A DNA stretch of 50,867 nucleotides from Chiloscyllium plagiosum (GCF_004010195.1 NC_057752.1:3102222-3153088), one strand, 5' to 3'; numbered from the stretch's first letter, positions 13,372 to 25,905 are shown. Numbers and translations are program-made. The notes: generated by a model from the sequence alone, not told the origin.

Positions 13372-14975
13372 TACAAATAAAAACTCAGCACCACGCAAAT
13401 GCAGTCCTCCCCACTGGTGGTGCCACTGTGTTTATTGATAAAAGAAATGGGGGTAACATCATGGCTGCACACCCACTGGTCCAAAGGTATCCCGTTCCTA
13501 TCACTGTGCTCCCCCGAAAGGGGATGACACACAATCCACCAGGGGTCAAGGTGCGAGAGTTTGGAAAAGTGCATGTTTTGAATTCTTTTAAAGGGAAGCA
13601 GTGTACGGATGAACAATGTTTTAAAGTGGCCTTTGATTAGGAGCATACAAAATCAGAGCCAAAGGCTTTCAGAAACGACATTAGGAAACTATATTAACTG
13701 CAAAGACAGCCTCTGTTAGTTCCAACAGGCAAGACATTGCACTTGCTAGTGTGATGACGCGGTCCCCTTTGCTTTCCAGTGTCTGCTGTGGGCCAGCTAA
13801 CTGTTAAAATCTACCTCTGAGCATGACCAAAGTTAGCAACTGCTGTTTGTTACGTCTGCTGCACACAATGCTCCAGGGACTCCACTCTGCTTTGTGCAGC
13901 AGGATCCAATTAGTGACTGAATAAACTTGTTCCTGCATCGAGGGAACCGGTTTCGAAATTCAGTCAGACACCGCGGTGGAGCCATTAATTGATCAAGGCA
14001 CAAGCCTCTTGAGCACAATTCTCTGCAAATTCGTTTGAACTTCAGTCTCATGATATTACTTCCCACTGCAACGACTTGCATTTTAAACATAGGTGGAACA
14101 GAGGATACATTGAATTGGGCCCAATTCACTCTATTTGGGGGACAGCTAGGATTAGGGACGTACAACTCAGAGCAAAAGGGAGATATTGAGGCGAGCTGTT
14201 CAAATGCCTGAGGAATGTGGGAGGCTTTAAGACCCGTTTTGAAAGGATGAGGGTGGGAAAAATCAAGGTTACACAGGAGATTGGGATTAAGGGATGCAGC
14301 GTTCTGGGAGGGTCAAAGGAGGGAATCCATTGCTGCTTTCGTTTTTTCTTTGCCCAGTGTTCTCTCCCAGCTGAGTATCCTTGCCAATGTGTCAACTACC
14401 CTCTCACACCCGAGCAGGCATTGTGAGAGATGGCAGCGCAAACCTGGGCAGGTTGGTTGGCTTTAGAGATTCGTGCCCTTAATTGGCAATTAAAGGTGAA
14501 GTAATTACAGCACCATCAGGCTGGCTTTCAAAACCGGTGCCCAAAGAGCTAGGGCGACACTTGCAGTATAGAGGGCACACTTTATTGTCAACTGTGCCAC
14601 TTTTAGGCTGGCACGTTAACCAAAATGCAGCAAGCCTGTACAGACTGACATAAAAGATTGGGTAAAATTCAAAGGAAAAGATACATTCTCTGGCGCCCTG
14701 TTTATCCTTCATCCAACCTAAAACAGGTTAACTCGCCATTTACCCCTGTCATTGGAGGTATCTTGCAAATTGGCTGCCAGCTATGCTTAAATATTTAACG
14801 GTGAATTCCAGTTTAGTTGTAATTCATAGGTTGTGAAGTGTTTTGGGCCATAAATCCGTAGATCCCAAGGACAGGAGAGGTCTTGTGTTAATTGAAGTTC
14901 CGTCTTGTAGCAATCTTGGCGAATTGTCATGGACATTAATCGGGTGACCTGGAGAGACCGTGGTCAATTTCAAGG

Positions 14976-15078
14976 ACAATCCCGAGGAAAGGTCAACAGA
15001 CCCGAAACGTTAACTCTGATTTCGCCCCACAGATGCTGCCAGACCTGCTGAGCTTTTCCAGCAACTTCTGTCTTTGTT
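14976..15078 (+). mobile_element. Short Penelope-derived insert with degenerate hammerhead motif
   Basis: GGTCAACAGACC-CGAAACGTTAACT..AGATGCTGCCAGACCTGCTGAG; TSD GTCAATTTCA(A/G)GG at 14963-14975 and 15079-15091. Confidence 0.7.
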
Positions 15079-16194
15079 GTCAATTTCAGGGTCACCTGTC
15101 AGGAGCTGGACAGAAGGACAAAGCTCAGTCGACTGAGCAATGCTGCACTAGCAGCATTAGTTGAGGTAGCGAGGGTTTCTGTCTGTGATAGCAATCTGAA
15201 CAAACCAGACTTATGGATAAGCTATTGGAAGATTTGTAAAGAAGAGGTAAGAGATGGCATTGGATGGGTGATGTGGAGAGAAAAATAAAACAAAATGGGG
15301 AGGCAAAAATTCTCCATGCTGATGGTCTTCCACAGTTGACAAGCAACTTGGCAGCTAGCTCTCTCACCGAACCAATGTCATAACCAGCTATCAGATGTGT
15401 CCAGCTAAATATATCACTTAAACCTGATATCAGCAACTCAATGGAGAAATTAGGATCAGGTTACTTATGTACAGTGTTTATTGAGCTATTCAACAGCTCA
15501 CGAGAAAAATCAATAAAAACACACAAATTTACATCTGCCTGATAATTCAAATTCACTGTCACTGTCAGGATGTCCCTGCCTTTCACAAACGCCATGCAGA
15601 AAATCAAGATAAAAAAAGAACAAAATGGTAGATCTTACTAAATGTAGATTGAGGGCAAAATCCTCGATTCAGCTCTCTGGATGAGCCAGTTTTAAAAAAA
15701 ACAGGAGTGTTCCTTGCAACTCTTTGGTTCAGATCCCTTCAGAAGGTCAAGTGACTCCTTCCCTTACATCTCATGGATGGCGATGGCAGCTTGACTGCCA
15801 GGAGCCATAAGAAACAGCAGAAGCAGGCCCTCAGCTCCGTTCAATAAGATCACAGCCGAGTCGATTGTGGGCTTGACACTATTTCTCAGCCCAGAACCCC
15901 TGAATCTTTTGGCAAATCAACAATCCAGCTCAGCCTCCAATATGTTCAATCATCCCCGACTTCCAGCGCTCTGTGGCAGAGAATTCAAAACACCAACAAC
16001 CCTTAGAGAACCCGCAGTGATGTCTTCAAGAGGAGACACTTTAGTTTCAAACTGTGCCCCCTCGTTCCAGATTCTCTCCAAAGGGAGATATCCTCTCAAC
16101 ATTTATCCTGTCAGCCTCTTCAGAATTGCCTCATTCTACTAAATTCCACAAGATAGTCAATTGGCAGTAGATATTGAATATTGCTGAAAAATAA

Positions 16195-16315
16195 CCTTCT
16201 GATGAAGGAGCAGCGCTCCGAAAGCTAGTGCTTCCAATTAAACCTGTTGGACTATAACCTGGTATTGTGGGATTTTTAACTTTGTACACCCCAGTCCAAT
16301 ACCGGCACCTCTAAA
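16195..16315 (+). mobile_element. 121-bp Penelope-derived insert with hammerhead core
   Basis: CTGATGA-A-GGAGC-AGC-GCTCC-GAAAG-CTA (16199-16227); perfect 13-bp TSD TGCTGAAAAATAA (16182-16194, 16316-16328). Confidence 0.75.
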
Positions 16316-16412
16316 TGCTGAAAAATAAGCATTTCTTACAACTTTGCATCTTGCTCTCATCAGGACATTTTGTGAAATTTCTCCTGGAAAAAAGGAGAAC
16401 AATGTGGTTTAT

Positions 16413-17062
16413 TTTCTTATTTCTCTTTTTTTTCTTTTTCAAATTTCCACCACCAGGAAGAAAGAAAACACCCGAGTGGAGAGTCTCCTATTTAGAGTCA
16501 TAGAGATGTACAGCATGGAATATGTTTTTTTTTCATTTTTTTGTTTTTTTTTCTTTGTTGTGAGTGTGCAAATGTAAACAATGTGGTTTATTTTTTTTTT
16601 CTTCTTTTTTTCGCCCACCTCTCCCTGAACAACTCCAGGGTGTCGGTGGAGACCGCGTGCTCCTTCTCCAAGGACACCCGGGCCCTAACGTAACCGCGGA
16701 AGAGGGGCATCACTCTTGTTTTTTTTGGTGTGTGTGTATAGGTGTGAGACACAGTGAAAGACACAAAGTGCACGAATCCTTATTCAATTCCCACCACCAG
16801 TAAGATAGGAAAACACCCGAGTGGCCAGTGACAAACACTGTCCTTCACATCAAAGGGCAGTGCTGTGTGATCAAAACAGTGAAGGGAAGGGTAGGGACTA
16901 AATCAAAATAGAGTTGGAGGGGGAAATAATGCACTCCACTCCCTGCGGAGCCCACCTCTCCCTGAACAACTCCAGTGTGTTGGTGGACACCGCGTGCTCC
17001 TTCTCCAAGGACACCCGGGCTCTAACGTAACCGCGGAAGAGGGGCAGGCAGTCGGCCCTAAC
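16413..17062 (-). mobile_element. Cluster of three 5'-truncated Tx1-type LINE 3' fragments with A-rich tails
   Basis: Translates RADCLPLFRGYVRARVSLEKEHAVSTNTLELFRERWAPQGVECII; matches the 41147-41658 copy; poly-T tracts on + strand; AACAATGTGGTTTAT present three times. Confidence 0.8.
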
Positions 17063-17496
17063 AACAATGTGGTTTATACTGTGTAAAGGAGTGTGCTGAT
17101 TGGCCGGCAAGTGATAGAGGCTTTGCTATGGAGAATGCACCACTTAAAAATGATATCTAATGGATAACTGTCAAGGCATTGCCCTGAGCAATGAACCAGC
17201 GAATGGCTGTCATCCATTTTGTTGTGTTGAAACAGACACAGTCAGTGTACATGTACTTTCTGTCCACAAAGGAGTGGCCAATGACCAGCTTGGATCCACC
17301 AGAGGTAACACGCCTGGTTTAAAATTTAAACAAAGCTTGGCAGTTAACTGTCAGTCATCATTTAACTGATGCATTCCACAAAGCAATAAATACTGATCAG
17401 CTAGTGATGCCCACATCCCACAAATGAGTAGGGGTGGGTGGGTGGAGAGAACCAGCAACAGCCCACTCACCAACCAATTAGTACTTACAGTCAAAA

Positions 17497-18060
17497 GAGA
17501 TGTACAGTCCTTCGGTCCAACTCATCCATGCCGACCAGATAACTAGCCCCACCTGCTAGCACCCTGCCCATATCCCTCCAAACCCTTCCTACTCATATAC
17601 CCATCCAGATGCCTTTTAAATGTTGTAATTGTACCAGCCTCCATCACTTCCTCTGGCAGCTCATTCCATACATGTACCATCTTCTGTGTGAAAAAGTGGT
17701 CCCTTTTATATCTTTCCCCTCTCACCCTAAATCTATGCCCTCTAGGTCTGGACTCCCCCACCCCAGGGAAAAGACTTTACCTATTTATCCAACCATGCCC
17801 CACATGATTTTATAAACCTCTATAAAAGGTCACCTCTCAGCCTCCGACGCTCCAGGGAAAACAGCCCCATCCTATTCATCCTCTCCCTGTAGCTCAAATC
17901 CTCCAACTCTGGCAATATTCTTGTAAATCTTTTCTGAACCCTTTCAAGTTTCCCTTATAGCAGGGAGACCAGAATTTCACTTAGTATTCCAAAAGTGACC
18001 GAACCAATGTCCTGTACAGTACAACATGACCTCCCAACTCCTGTACCCAATGCTCTGACC
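17497..18060 (-). mobile_element. CR1/HER1 LINE 3' fragment
   Basis: GESRPRGHRFRVRGERYKR..WNELPEEV on the minus strand. Confidence 0.9.
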
Positions 18061-18084
18061 TTAAAAAAAAAAAGTATAAACATC

Positions 18085-18336
18085 GTGGGGCGAGGGAAGA
18101 GATTTTAAAAAAAGACGTGAGCGGCAATTTTCTTTTTACACAGAGTGGTTCTCACATGGAATGTGATGGATGTGAGGTACAATTACAACGTTTAAAAGAT
18201 ATTTGGATAAGTACATGAAGAGGAAAGGTTTGGAGGGATATGGGCCAGGAGCAGGCAGGTGGGACTAGGTTAGTTTGGGATTATGGTTGGCATGGACTGG
18301 GCGGACCGAAGAGTCTGTTTCCATACTGTATGACTA
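18085..18336 (+). mobile_element. CR1 LINE 3' fragment (second subfamily)
   Basis: GGTTTGGAGGGATATGGGCCAGGAGCAGGCAGGTGGGACTAG..TATGACT; like 33930-34332. Confidence 0.8.
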
Positions 18337-19227
18337 TGTTGTTCCCCTTGGTAGTCTTGTGAATTGCCCTGAAGACAGCAAGGTGAAAAACTTTGACAAA
18401 AAAAAAATGCATCTTTGACCCAACTGAAAGAGAGTCTGGGTAAGAGAGCCATTGAATCAAAGCAACTGAACGTCCGGACCCAATACACACTGACTGGCCT
18501 CACTACCTTCCTGACACCATTCATGCAACATTCATGCCCCTCTCTATTTAATCATTTCATGGAAAGGATTTCTGAAAGTCAAGTTTATAAATCCAGGATC
18601 AAGCCTGAACTGGTTCCGTATCTACAACCGATACAAATTACAGCCAAATTGCTTTCCCTTAAACAAATTACTTTCAGAATTAATTACTTTAAAAAGATTA
18701 AGTTTCATTCTCGTCAGCCTCAAAGTATTTGCTAATGCTATACATTAAATTCTCCATATCATGTTCAATATTTACTCATTTTCAAGTGAGTTCACACTGG
18801 TAACATTTTGTCCTCGGTGTTTTTTTTTCAGAATAAAATGTGTTTGTTCTTTGCTGAGTCTTCAACAATCATGTTTCTGCTCTCAAACTCTCATCCTAAA
18901 CCCTTCCTGCCTACCGCCTCTTTACATAGACTTATCCTTGCTACCCTTTGGACAGATCTTTGGTCATCTCCCCAGCTCTCTGCTCACTACCTATGCTACT
19001 CTTGCTGGGCTCTCTCGGACTATTTGCAACATAAGAATACAAGTTTGAAAGCTCCAAAAGGGAGAGCGTTACAAACTTCCCCTTCCCAACAAAATATATG
19101 GAATTGATGGGAATTCAACCCACGTCAATAAAGAAAGGTTTCAAATGTTATGGGTGAAATATTGTATCAAACATACAACATAGAAATGGGCCATTTGGCC
19201 CACGAGCCCCCTGTGTAAGAAGGGAGG

Positions 19228-21200
19228 GAGGGAGGCAGAGGACAGGAAACATAGGCCGGTTAGCCTGACCTTAGTCGTTGCTAATATCTTAAGAGCCCAT
19301 TATTAAGGAGGAGATTGCGGAGTACTTGAAAGTGCATGGTCAAATCGGGCTGAGTCAGCACCGCTTCGCCAAGGGGAAGTCATGCCTGACAAATCTGTTA
19401 GAATCCTTCGAGGAGCTAAGGAGCAAGTGAGACAAAGAGAGCCAGTGGACGTGATCCACTCAGATTTCCAGAAGGCCTTTAACAAGGTGCTGCACAGGAG
19501 GCTGTGAAGTAAGATAGCCCACAGTGTTAGGGGCAAGGTCCTGGCATGGGTGCAGTTTTGGCAGACTGGCAGAAGGCAGTGCATAGGGAACACAGGGGTC
19601 ATTTCAGGATGGCAACTAGTGACTAGTGGAGTTCCACAGCGATCTGTTTTGGGACCACAACTATTCAGGCTACACATTAATGATCTGCATGAAGAAACGT
19701 CAGGTATTTTTGCAAATGTTCAGATGGCATAAAGGGGCAGGTGGTGTTGAGGAAGTAGGGAGCCTGCTGAAGGACTTGGACAGGCTAGGAGAGTGGAAAA
19801 GAAGTGGCAGATAGATTACCCTGTGGGAAAATGTGAGGTCATGCACTTTGGTAGGAAGAAGAGGCGTTGGCTATTTTCTAAACGGGAAAAGGTGTTGGAA
19901 ATCTGAAGCACAAAGTGACTTGGGAGTCCCAGTTCAGGATTCTCTTCAGGTTAACATGCAGGTTCTGTTGGCAGTTGGGAAGGCAAATGCAATGTTAGCA
20001 TTCATTTCAAGAGGGCTAGAATACAAGAGCAGAGATGTACTGCTGAAGCTATTTAAGGGTCTTGCCAGACTGCATTTGGAATATTGTGGGCAGTTTTAGG
20101 CTCCATATGTCAGGAACAATGTGCTGGCATTGGAGAGAGTCCAGAGGAGGTTTACAAGAATGAGGAGAAAGTGAGAACTGCAGATGCTGGAGATCAGAGC
20201 TGAAAATGTGTTGCTGGAAAAGCGCAGCAGGTCAGGCAGCATCCAAGGAACAGGAGAATCGACGTTTCGGGCATAAGCCCTTCTTCAGGAATGAGGAAAG
20301 TGTGTCCAGCAGGCTAAGATAAAAGGTAGGGAGGAGGGACTTGGGGGAGGGGCGTTGGAAATGCGATAGGTGGAAGATCTGTGTTCATCCCTTGTGGTTG
20401 GAGGGTTCCTAGGCGGAAGATGAGGCGCTCTTCCTCCAACCGTCGTGTTGCTATGGTCTGGCGATGGAGGAGTCCAAGGACCTGCATGTCCTTGGTGGAG
20501 TGGGAGGGGGAGTTAAAGTGTTGAGCCACGGGGTGGTTGGGTTGGTTGGTCCGGGTGTCCCAGAGGTGTTCTCTGAAACGTTCCGCAAGTAGGCGGCCTG
20601 TCTCCCCAATATCGAGGAGGCAACATCAAGTGCAGCAGATGCAATAAATGATGTTTGTGAAGGTGCAGGTGAATTCGTGGCGGATATGGAAGGATCCCTT
20701 GGGGCCTTGGAAGGAAGTGAGGGGGGAGGTGTGGGCGCAATGTTTGCATTTCTTGCGGTTGCAGGGGAAGGTGCCGGGGAAGGTTACAAGAATGATCCCA
20801 GTGGCAAAGGACTTGTCATATGAGGAGCAATTAAAGAACTCTGGGTCTGAATTCAATGGTGAGAGGGACATCTGATTGAAACTTACAGAACACCGAGAGA
20901 ACTGGACACAGTGGACATGGAGAAGGTGCATCTGTTAGTGAGAGAGACTAGGACCCAAGGGCACAGCCTTCGAGTAAAAGGGATGATCCTTCGGAACAGA
21001 GACGAGGAGGATTTCTTCAGCCAGAGGGTGGTTCATCTGTGGAACTCATTGGCACAGAAAGCTATGGAGGCCAAGTCATTAAGACAGAGCTAGATTGGTT
21101 CCTGATTAGTAAGGGGATTAAGGGTTATGGGGAGAAGGCAGGAGAATGGGGTTGAGAAATGTATCAGCCATGATCAAATGGTGAAGCAGACTCAGTTGGT
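19228..21200 (+). mobile_element. Degraded CR1 LINE ORF2 (RT) fragment, split by a Penelope insertion
   Basis: Motifs DFQKAFNKV, VTSGVPQRSVLGP, KANAMLAFISRGLEYKS, RTQGHSLRV..FFSQRVVHLWNSL; many stops and frameshifts. Confidence 0.9.
20164..20783 (-). mobile_element. Penelope-like element 3' fragment (Cys-rich linker + GIY-YIG endonuclease + terminal repeat with hammerhead core)
   Basis: PGTFPCNRKKCKHC..FTCTFTNIIYCICC and AQHFNSPSHS..RRLEEERLIFRLGTLQPQGMN; CTGAAGAAGGGCTTATGCCCGAAACGTC at 20288->20261; TSD TTACAAGAATGA (20152-20163, 20784-20795). Confidence 0.9.
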
Positions 21201-22236
21201 GGGGGGGGGGGGAAATATATATATGGGTCATAGGAGTTAGAGTCATAGAGCATGGAAACAGACCCTTCAGCCCAACTCATCCATGCTGACCAGGTTTCCC
21301 AAAGTGAACTACTCCCTTTTGCCTGTATTTGGCCCATACCCATCTTGTGGAATCTCCTCCCAATCCTATCTACATGATCACAGCCTTTTGGCAAATGTTT
21401 CCATCCCCTTCTCTCTCAATGCTGCTTCCATTTGAAAGCACTGGAACAAGAACTAGAGTGAAGTCATAAACGTTGAACTTCATGGCAAACTGCTGTGGAC
21501 CCTTGTAGTCCCATTGCTGGCAGCAAAACGGGAAGCCCGTTTGGGAAATGCAACAAGTCAAGAATTCATAACGTATGCTCATGGAGTTAACTGGTCAACG
21601 AGGTCACCTCTGGATCACAGGATGGAGAAGTTGAGCTCAGAAATGAAGGCAAGACCCCAGTGTCATACTGAAAGAGGAGAATGAGCATCGTTAACACTTG
21701 GAATTCATCTCATTGGCTATCCTTCCTTCAGAATCACTTATAGACACCAATCTTCATTCTATTGTGAGGAAGATAATTTCATAAAGTTGTGACAACGCTC
21801 CAGATCCCTTGTGTACCAGACACAACACTAACATCAATTTGGACACAAATGGAGATTACAAATGGCTTCCTACACCTCTGGATGCATACTGCTTCCTTAG
21901 GAGACAAATTGGGTACAAGCCTTTGAACAATACAACAAGTAACCCTTTTCCCATTTTATACTGCACAATTCCACATTACAATTGCCCTAGAGTCTTGGAC
22001 AATTAAAAGAGTAATCTCCAAATCAATGCTATGAGCAAATTCAGGATAAAAATTATAGGGGCATTCAAAACATTTTTTCAAATGGAACAACTTTATTTAT
22101 CAGTTATACACTGATTGGAGATGGAGAATAATGGACTGCTTGACAATTTATAAGCCAATACATCATTGGAGCAAGAATCATCCAATCACTTAATGGATAA
22201 CCCATTGGCTGTGGAAAGGCTGACCATCAAAAGAAA

Positions 22237-22600
22237 AACAATAGAACATAGAACAATACAGCACAGAACAGGCCCTTCGGCCCACGATGTTGTGCCGAAC
22301 ATTTGTCCTAGCTTAAGCACCCATCCATGTACCTATCCAATTGCCGCTTAAAGGTCGCCAATGATTCTGACTCTGCCACTCCCACAGGCAGCGTATTCCA
22401 TGCCCCCACCACTCTCTGGGTAAAGAACCTACCCCTGACATCCCTCCCATACCTTCCATCCTTCACCTTAAATTTATGTCCCCTTGTAAAACTCTGTTGT
22501 ACCCGGGGAAAAAGTTTCTGAACATGGAATACACAGCACAGGAATGTACAGCTGCAACATCACTTCACGACTCTTGAATTCAATCCCTCTGCTAATGAAC
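22237..22600 (-). mobile_element. CR1 LINE 3' fragment ((CTATGTT)n-tail subfamily)
   Basis: ATAGAACATAGAAC tail, CCCACCACTCTCTGGGTAAAGAACCTACCCC; inverse-similar to 47735-48065. Confidence 0.8.
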
Positions 22601-23419
22601 GCTAATGAATCTTATAGATGGAGATGTTGATTGGTCAATGGCAGGGGGATAGGGGATGATACAGGTCATGTGATGACACCTTCAGGACCACGTCCAACCA
22701 GAGTTGGCGATCGTATTCCCTGAATTTCCTAAGCCATAAAAGGTCAGTGGACCAAGAGCTGGATGAAAGGATTGAGAGTTGAATCCACTCCCAGCTCCCT
22801 GTGGGGAAGTTTCGATCCACGCAGGGATGCTGGCAATTCTCTCAGTCTGATTTATGGGAAGTCAATATTGTTGGCTTCTTCCTTGACTGCATTCAATCAG
22901 TTGACCTTGAGTACATCTCACTGGCACCGATCATCACTCACATTCGCACATGTGGCCATCTTGTTGGCACCCAATTGAATGCCACAATGCACATCATAAT
23001 GGACTCTCCTTGCAACACCCCTTCCCTGGTTTCCTGTCCTCCCAGCATCACTCTCCCACACACCTGGGGACCAAATGAAACCCACAAACTGGTTGAAAGT
23101 CTTTGGGCTGCATCTCACTTTCCCTGCTTCACGATGACCTGCCCAATCCCCTAGCCTCTGCCGTGGTGTCCCGTTTAGAGCAGGATCTAGCAGGAGACAT
23201 TCTTTGGATCGAGGAATTGAAAACACAGGAAGTTATCAACAAGTTCCTCATGACAGACCCCCATCTGTCCAATGGCAGGCTTTGAACTACCCCAATGAGT
23301 CTGGTCCATAACATTAGATCCTTCCTATTGTTATGGACCAGACCAAACCCCTGTAAAATATAGCCAAGATCCTAATTGTTTTCCTTATTTTAACAACAAG
23401 TGCCAGGTATTGTGTTCAA

Positions 23420-23745
23420 TAGAATCCCTACAGTGTGGAAGTAGGCCACTCAGCCCATTGAGTCCATACTGACCCTCTGAAGAGCATCCCACTCAGACCC
23501 ACACATCCCCCCCTACCCTACCCCTATAACCCTTTATTTCCCATGGCTAATCCACCTAGCCAGCACATCCCTGGACAAAATGGGTAATTTAGCATGGCCA
23601 ATCCTAATTTGCACACCTTTGGACTGTGGGAGGAAACCGGAGCACCCGGCAGAAACCCACGCAGACACGGGGAGAATGTGCAAACTCCACACAGACAGTC
23701 ACCCGAGGCTGGAATCGAACCTGGGCCCCTGGCGCTGTGAGGCAG
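23420..23745 (-). mobile_element. HE1-type V-SINE lacking its extreme 5' end
   Basis: Reverse complement of the V-domain and tail; abuts a GA microsatellite. Confidence 0.9.
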
Positions 23746-23873
23746 GAGGGGAGAGAGAGAGGGGAGAGAGAGAGAGGGGAGAGAGAGAGAGGGGAGAGAG
23801 AGAGAGGGGAGAGAGAGAGGTGAGAGAGAGTGAGAGAGAGTGAGAGAGAGTGAGAGAGAGTGAGAGAGTGAGA
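23746..23873. repeat. Compound purine microsatellite: (GA)n runs punctuated by GGGG, then (GAGAGAGAGT)n
   Basis: Directly visible. Confidence 0.95.
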
Positions 23874-23879
23874 AGCTTG

Positions 23880-24518
23880 AACTTATACACTTAATGGTAA
23901 GGTCCTGGGGAGTGTTGCTGAACAAAGAGACCTTAGAGTGCAGTCGCAGGTAGATAGGATAGTGAAGAAGGCGTTTGGTATGCCTTCCTTTATTGGTCAG
24001 AGTATTGAGTACAGGAGTTGGGAGGTTGTGTTGCGGCTGTACAGGACATTGGTTAGGCCACTGTTGGAATACTGCATTCCATTCTGATCTCCCTGCTACA
24101 GGAAGGATGTTGTTAAACTTGAAAGGGTTCAGAAAAGATTTACAAGGATGTTGAGGGTTTGGGCTACAGGGAGAGGCTGAATAAGCTGGTGTTATTTTCC
24201 CTGGAGCATTGGACATTGAGGGGTGACCGTATGAAGGTTTATAAAATCATGAGGGGCATGGATAGGGTAAATAGACGAGGTCTTTTCCCCCAGGGTAGGG
24301 GAGTCCAAAACTAGAGGGCATAGGTTTAAGGTGAGAGTGGGAAAGATTTAAAAGGGACTGGAGGGGCAACTTTTTCACGCAGAGGGTGGTGCGTGTATGG
24401 AATGAGCTGCCAGAGGAAGTGGTGGAGGCTGGTACAATGACAACATTTAAAAAGCATCTGGATGGATATATGAATAGGAAGGGTTTAGAGGGATATGGGC
24501 TAATGCAGGCAAATGGGC
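23880..24518 (+). mobile_element. CR1/HER1 LINE 3' fragment
   Basis: Inverse of 45190-46340; RT C-terminal motifs through WNELPEEV. Confidence 0.92.
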
Positions 24519-25664
24519 CTGAGGGAGAGCTCTTTTTTTAAGAACACTGTGTGGTAAATACCTGGATTTTCTTACCTGCAAGGGGGTAGAAGCAGAGCCA
24601 ATGAAAACTGGATGGGCAACAGAAGACAAAAAAAAAGTGACAACCCCATTTGACAGAGTGGGAGAATGGGACTGACTAGATTGCTCTGGAGAGCACTAGT
24701 AAATACTTGATGGGCTGAACAGCCTCCTTTGTTGTAATAGCTCCAAGGCGCTCTCAGGTTGAGGGTGGGAGAAAAAGCAATGGGGAGGCATGGCAAATCA
24801 AAGAGGGAGCAGTTGCTTGTGCTAGGCCTCAAGTCTGGTGTGGCAGGGTGACAGGGAAAGGAGGAGGGTTGTGGGAATCTTCCCTTGATGTTTCTGGTCA
24901 GATCATTACTGCAGCCAGCTCTCACGAACAATGTCTGTCCATTCAGCCTCTTGCACCCTCTCCAACAGTCAAATTATGGCTAATCTGTACCTTAAAATTC
25001 CAACGATCCGCCTTTGTACCCCTGCCCAAGAAATACAATGTATTCCAACTTAAAATTCAAACCCTTTGTCTGATCATCAGCTAAATGGATCACTGCAGAA
25101 TAATTTCAGAGCGACAGGAGGGCGTTTACTGTGGTAGAATCCACAAGGGCAAGTTTGCCCTCAGACAACACAGCAAGGAAATCCTGTGTTGCACAACATG
25201 GAAAACAAATCAAAGTTCAGACTAACAACTTTCAAAAGGAAATTGGATAAATACTCAAAATACAGCTAATTTGCCAGGCTATGAGGAAAGAGCAGGGGTT
25301 GTGGCATGAGGATTGGCATCTGAGATTGCTCCGGTGGTAACATCTTTGCTGAAATTGTTCCAAGTTAAACTTTGATGTTTCCATGGATCCACAGGACACC
25401 TGGTAGGAGCCTGCATTTCAAGAGCTTGCGAGACATTGACAAGAAAATCAAGTGGATGTTTCTGCTCACCCTGCCGTCTTCCAAATCACATTCTCCCCAG
25501 CCTCAAAACGTAGCAGCTCAACAGAAACAGAGACTAACGGTGCCAAAAGCACTGGTGCATGACAACAAGGTAATAGCATTTGTCAGCAAGGCATTGTGCA
25601 GCCTCCCAGCGGGTTCTTACACAAGACAAGACCAAGGCTTTTTATAGTAACTGAGCCTAAAGAT

Positions 25665-25905
25665 CAAAGTTTGTGAGAAGATTTGTAGCTCGGGTGCTCG
25701 TTGCTGTGGTTCTGTTCGCCGAGCTGGGAATTTGTGTTGCAGACGTTTCGTCCCCTGTCTAGGTGACATCCTCAGTGCTTTCCTCCGGAGGAAAGATCAC
25801 AGAAGCGCTTCAGAGGAGGCTCCCAAGCACTGAGGATGTCACCTAGACAGGGGACGAAACGCCTGCAACACAAATTCCCAGCTCGGTGACCAGAACCACA
25901 ACAAC
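25665..25905. mobile_element. Palindromic Penelope-derived insert with hammerhead motifs on both strands
   Basis: 84-bp inverted arms 25697-25780 / 25825-25908; TSD GAG(C/T)CTAAAGAT at 25653-25664 and 25906-25917. Confidence 0.8.
25739..25778 (-). ncRNA. Candidate minimal type I hammerhead ribozyme
   Basis: Minus strand reads GCA-CTGAGGA-T-GTCACCT-AGAC-AGGGGAC-GAAAC-GTC-TGC: intact core, stem II, 3-bp stem I, loopless palindromic stem III, GUC site. Confidence 0.65.

Noticed and set aside
13383..13403. RE1 half-site TCAGCACCACG
   Set aside because: Right half GGACAG is absent
23524..24216. 230-aa minus-strand ORF
   Set aside because: Spans antisense CR1, a GA microsatellite and a SINE; low-complexity chimera
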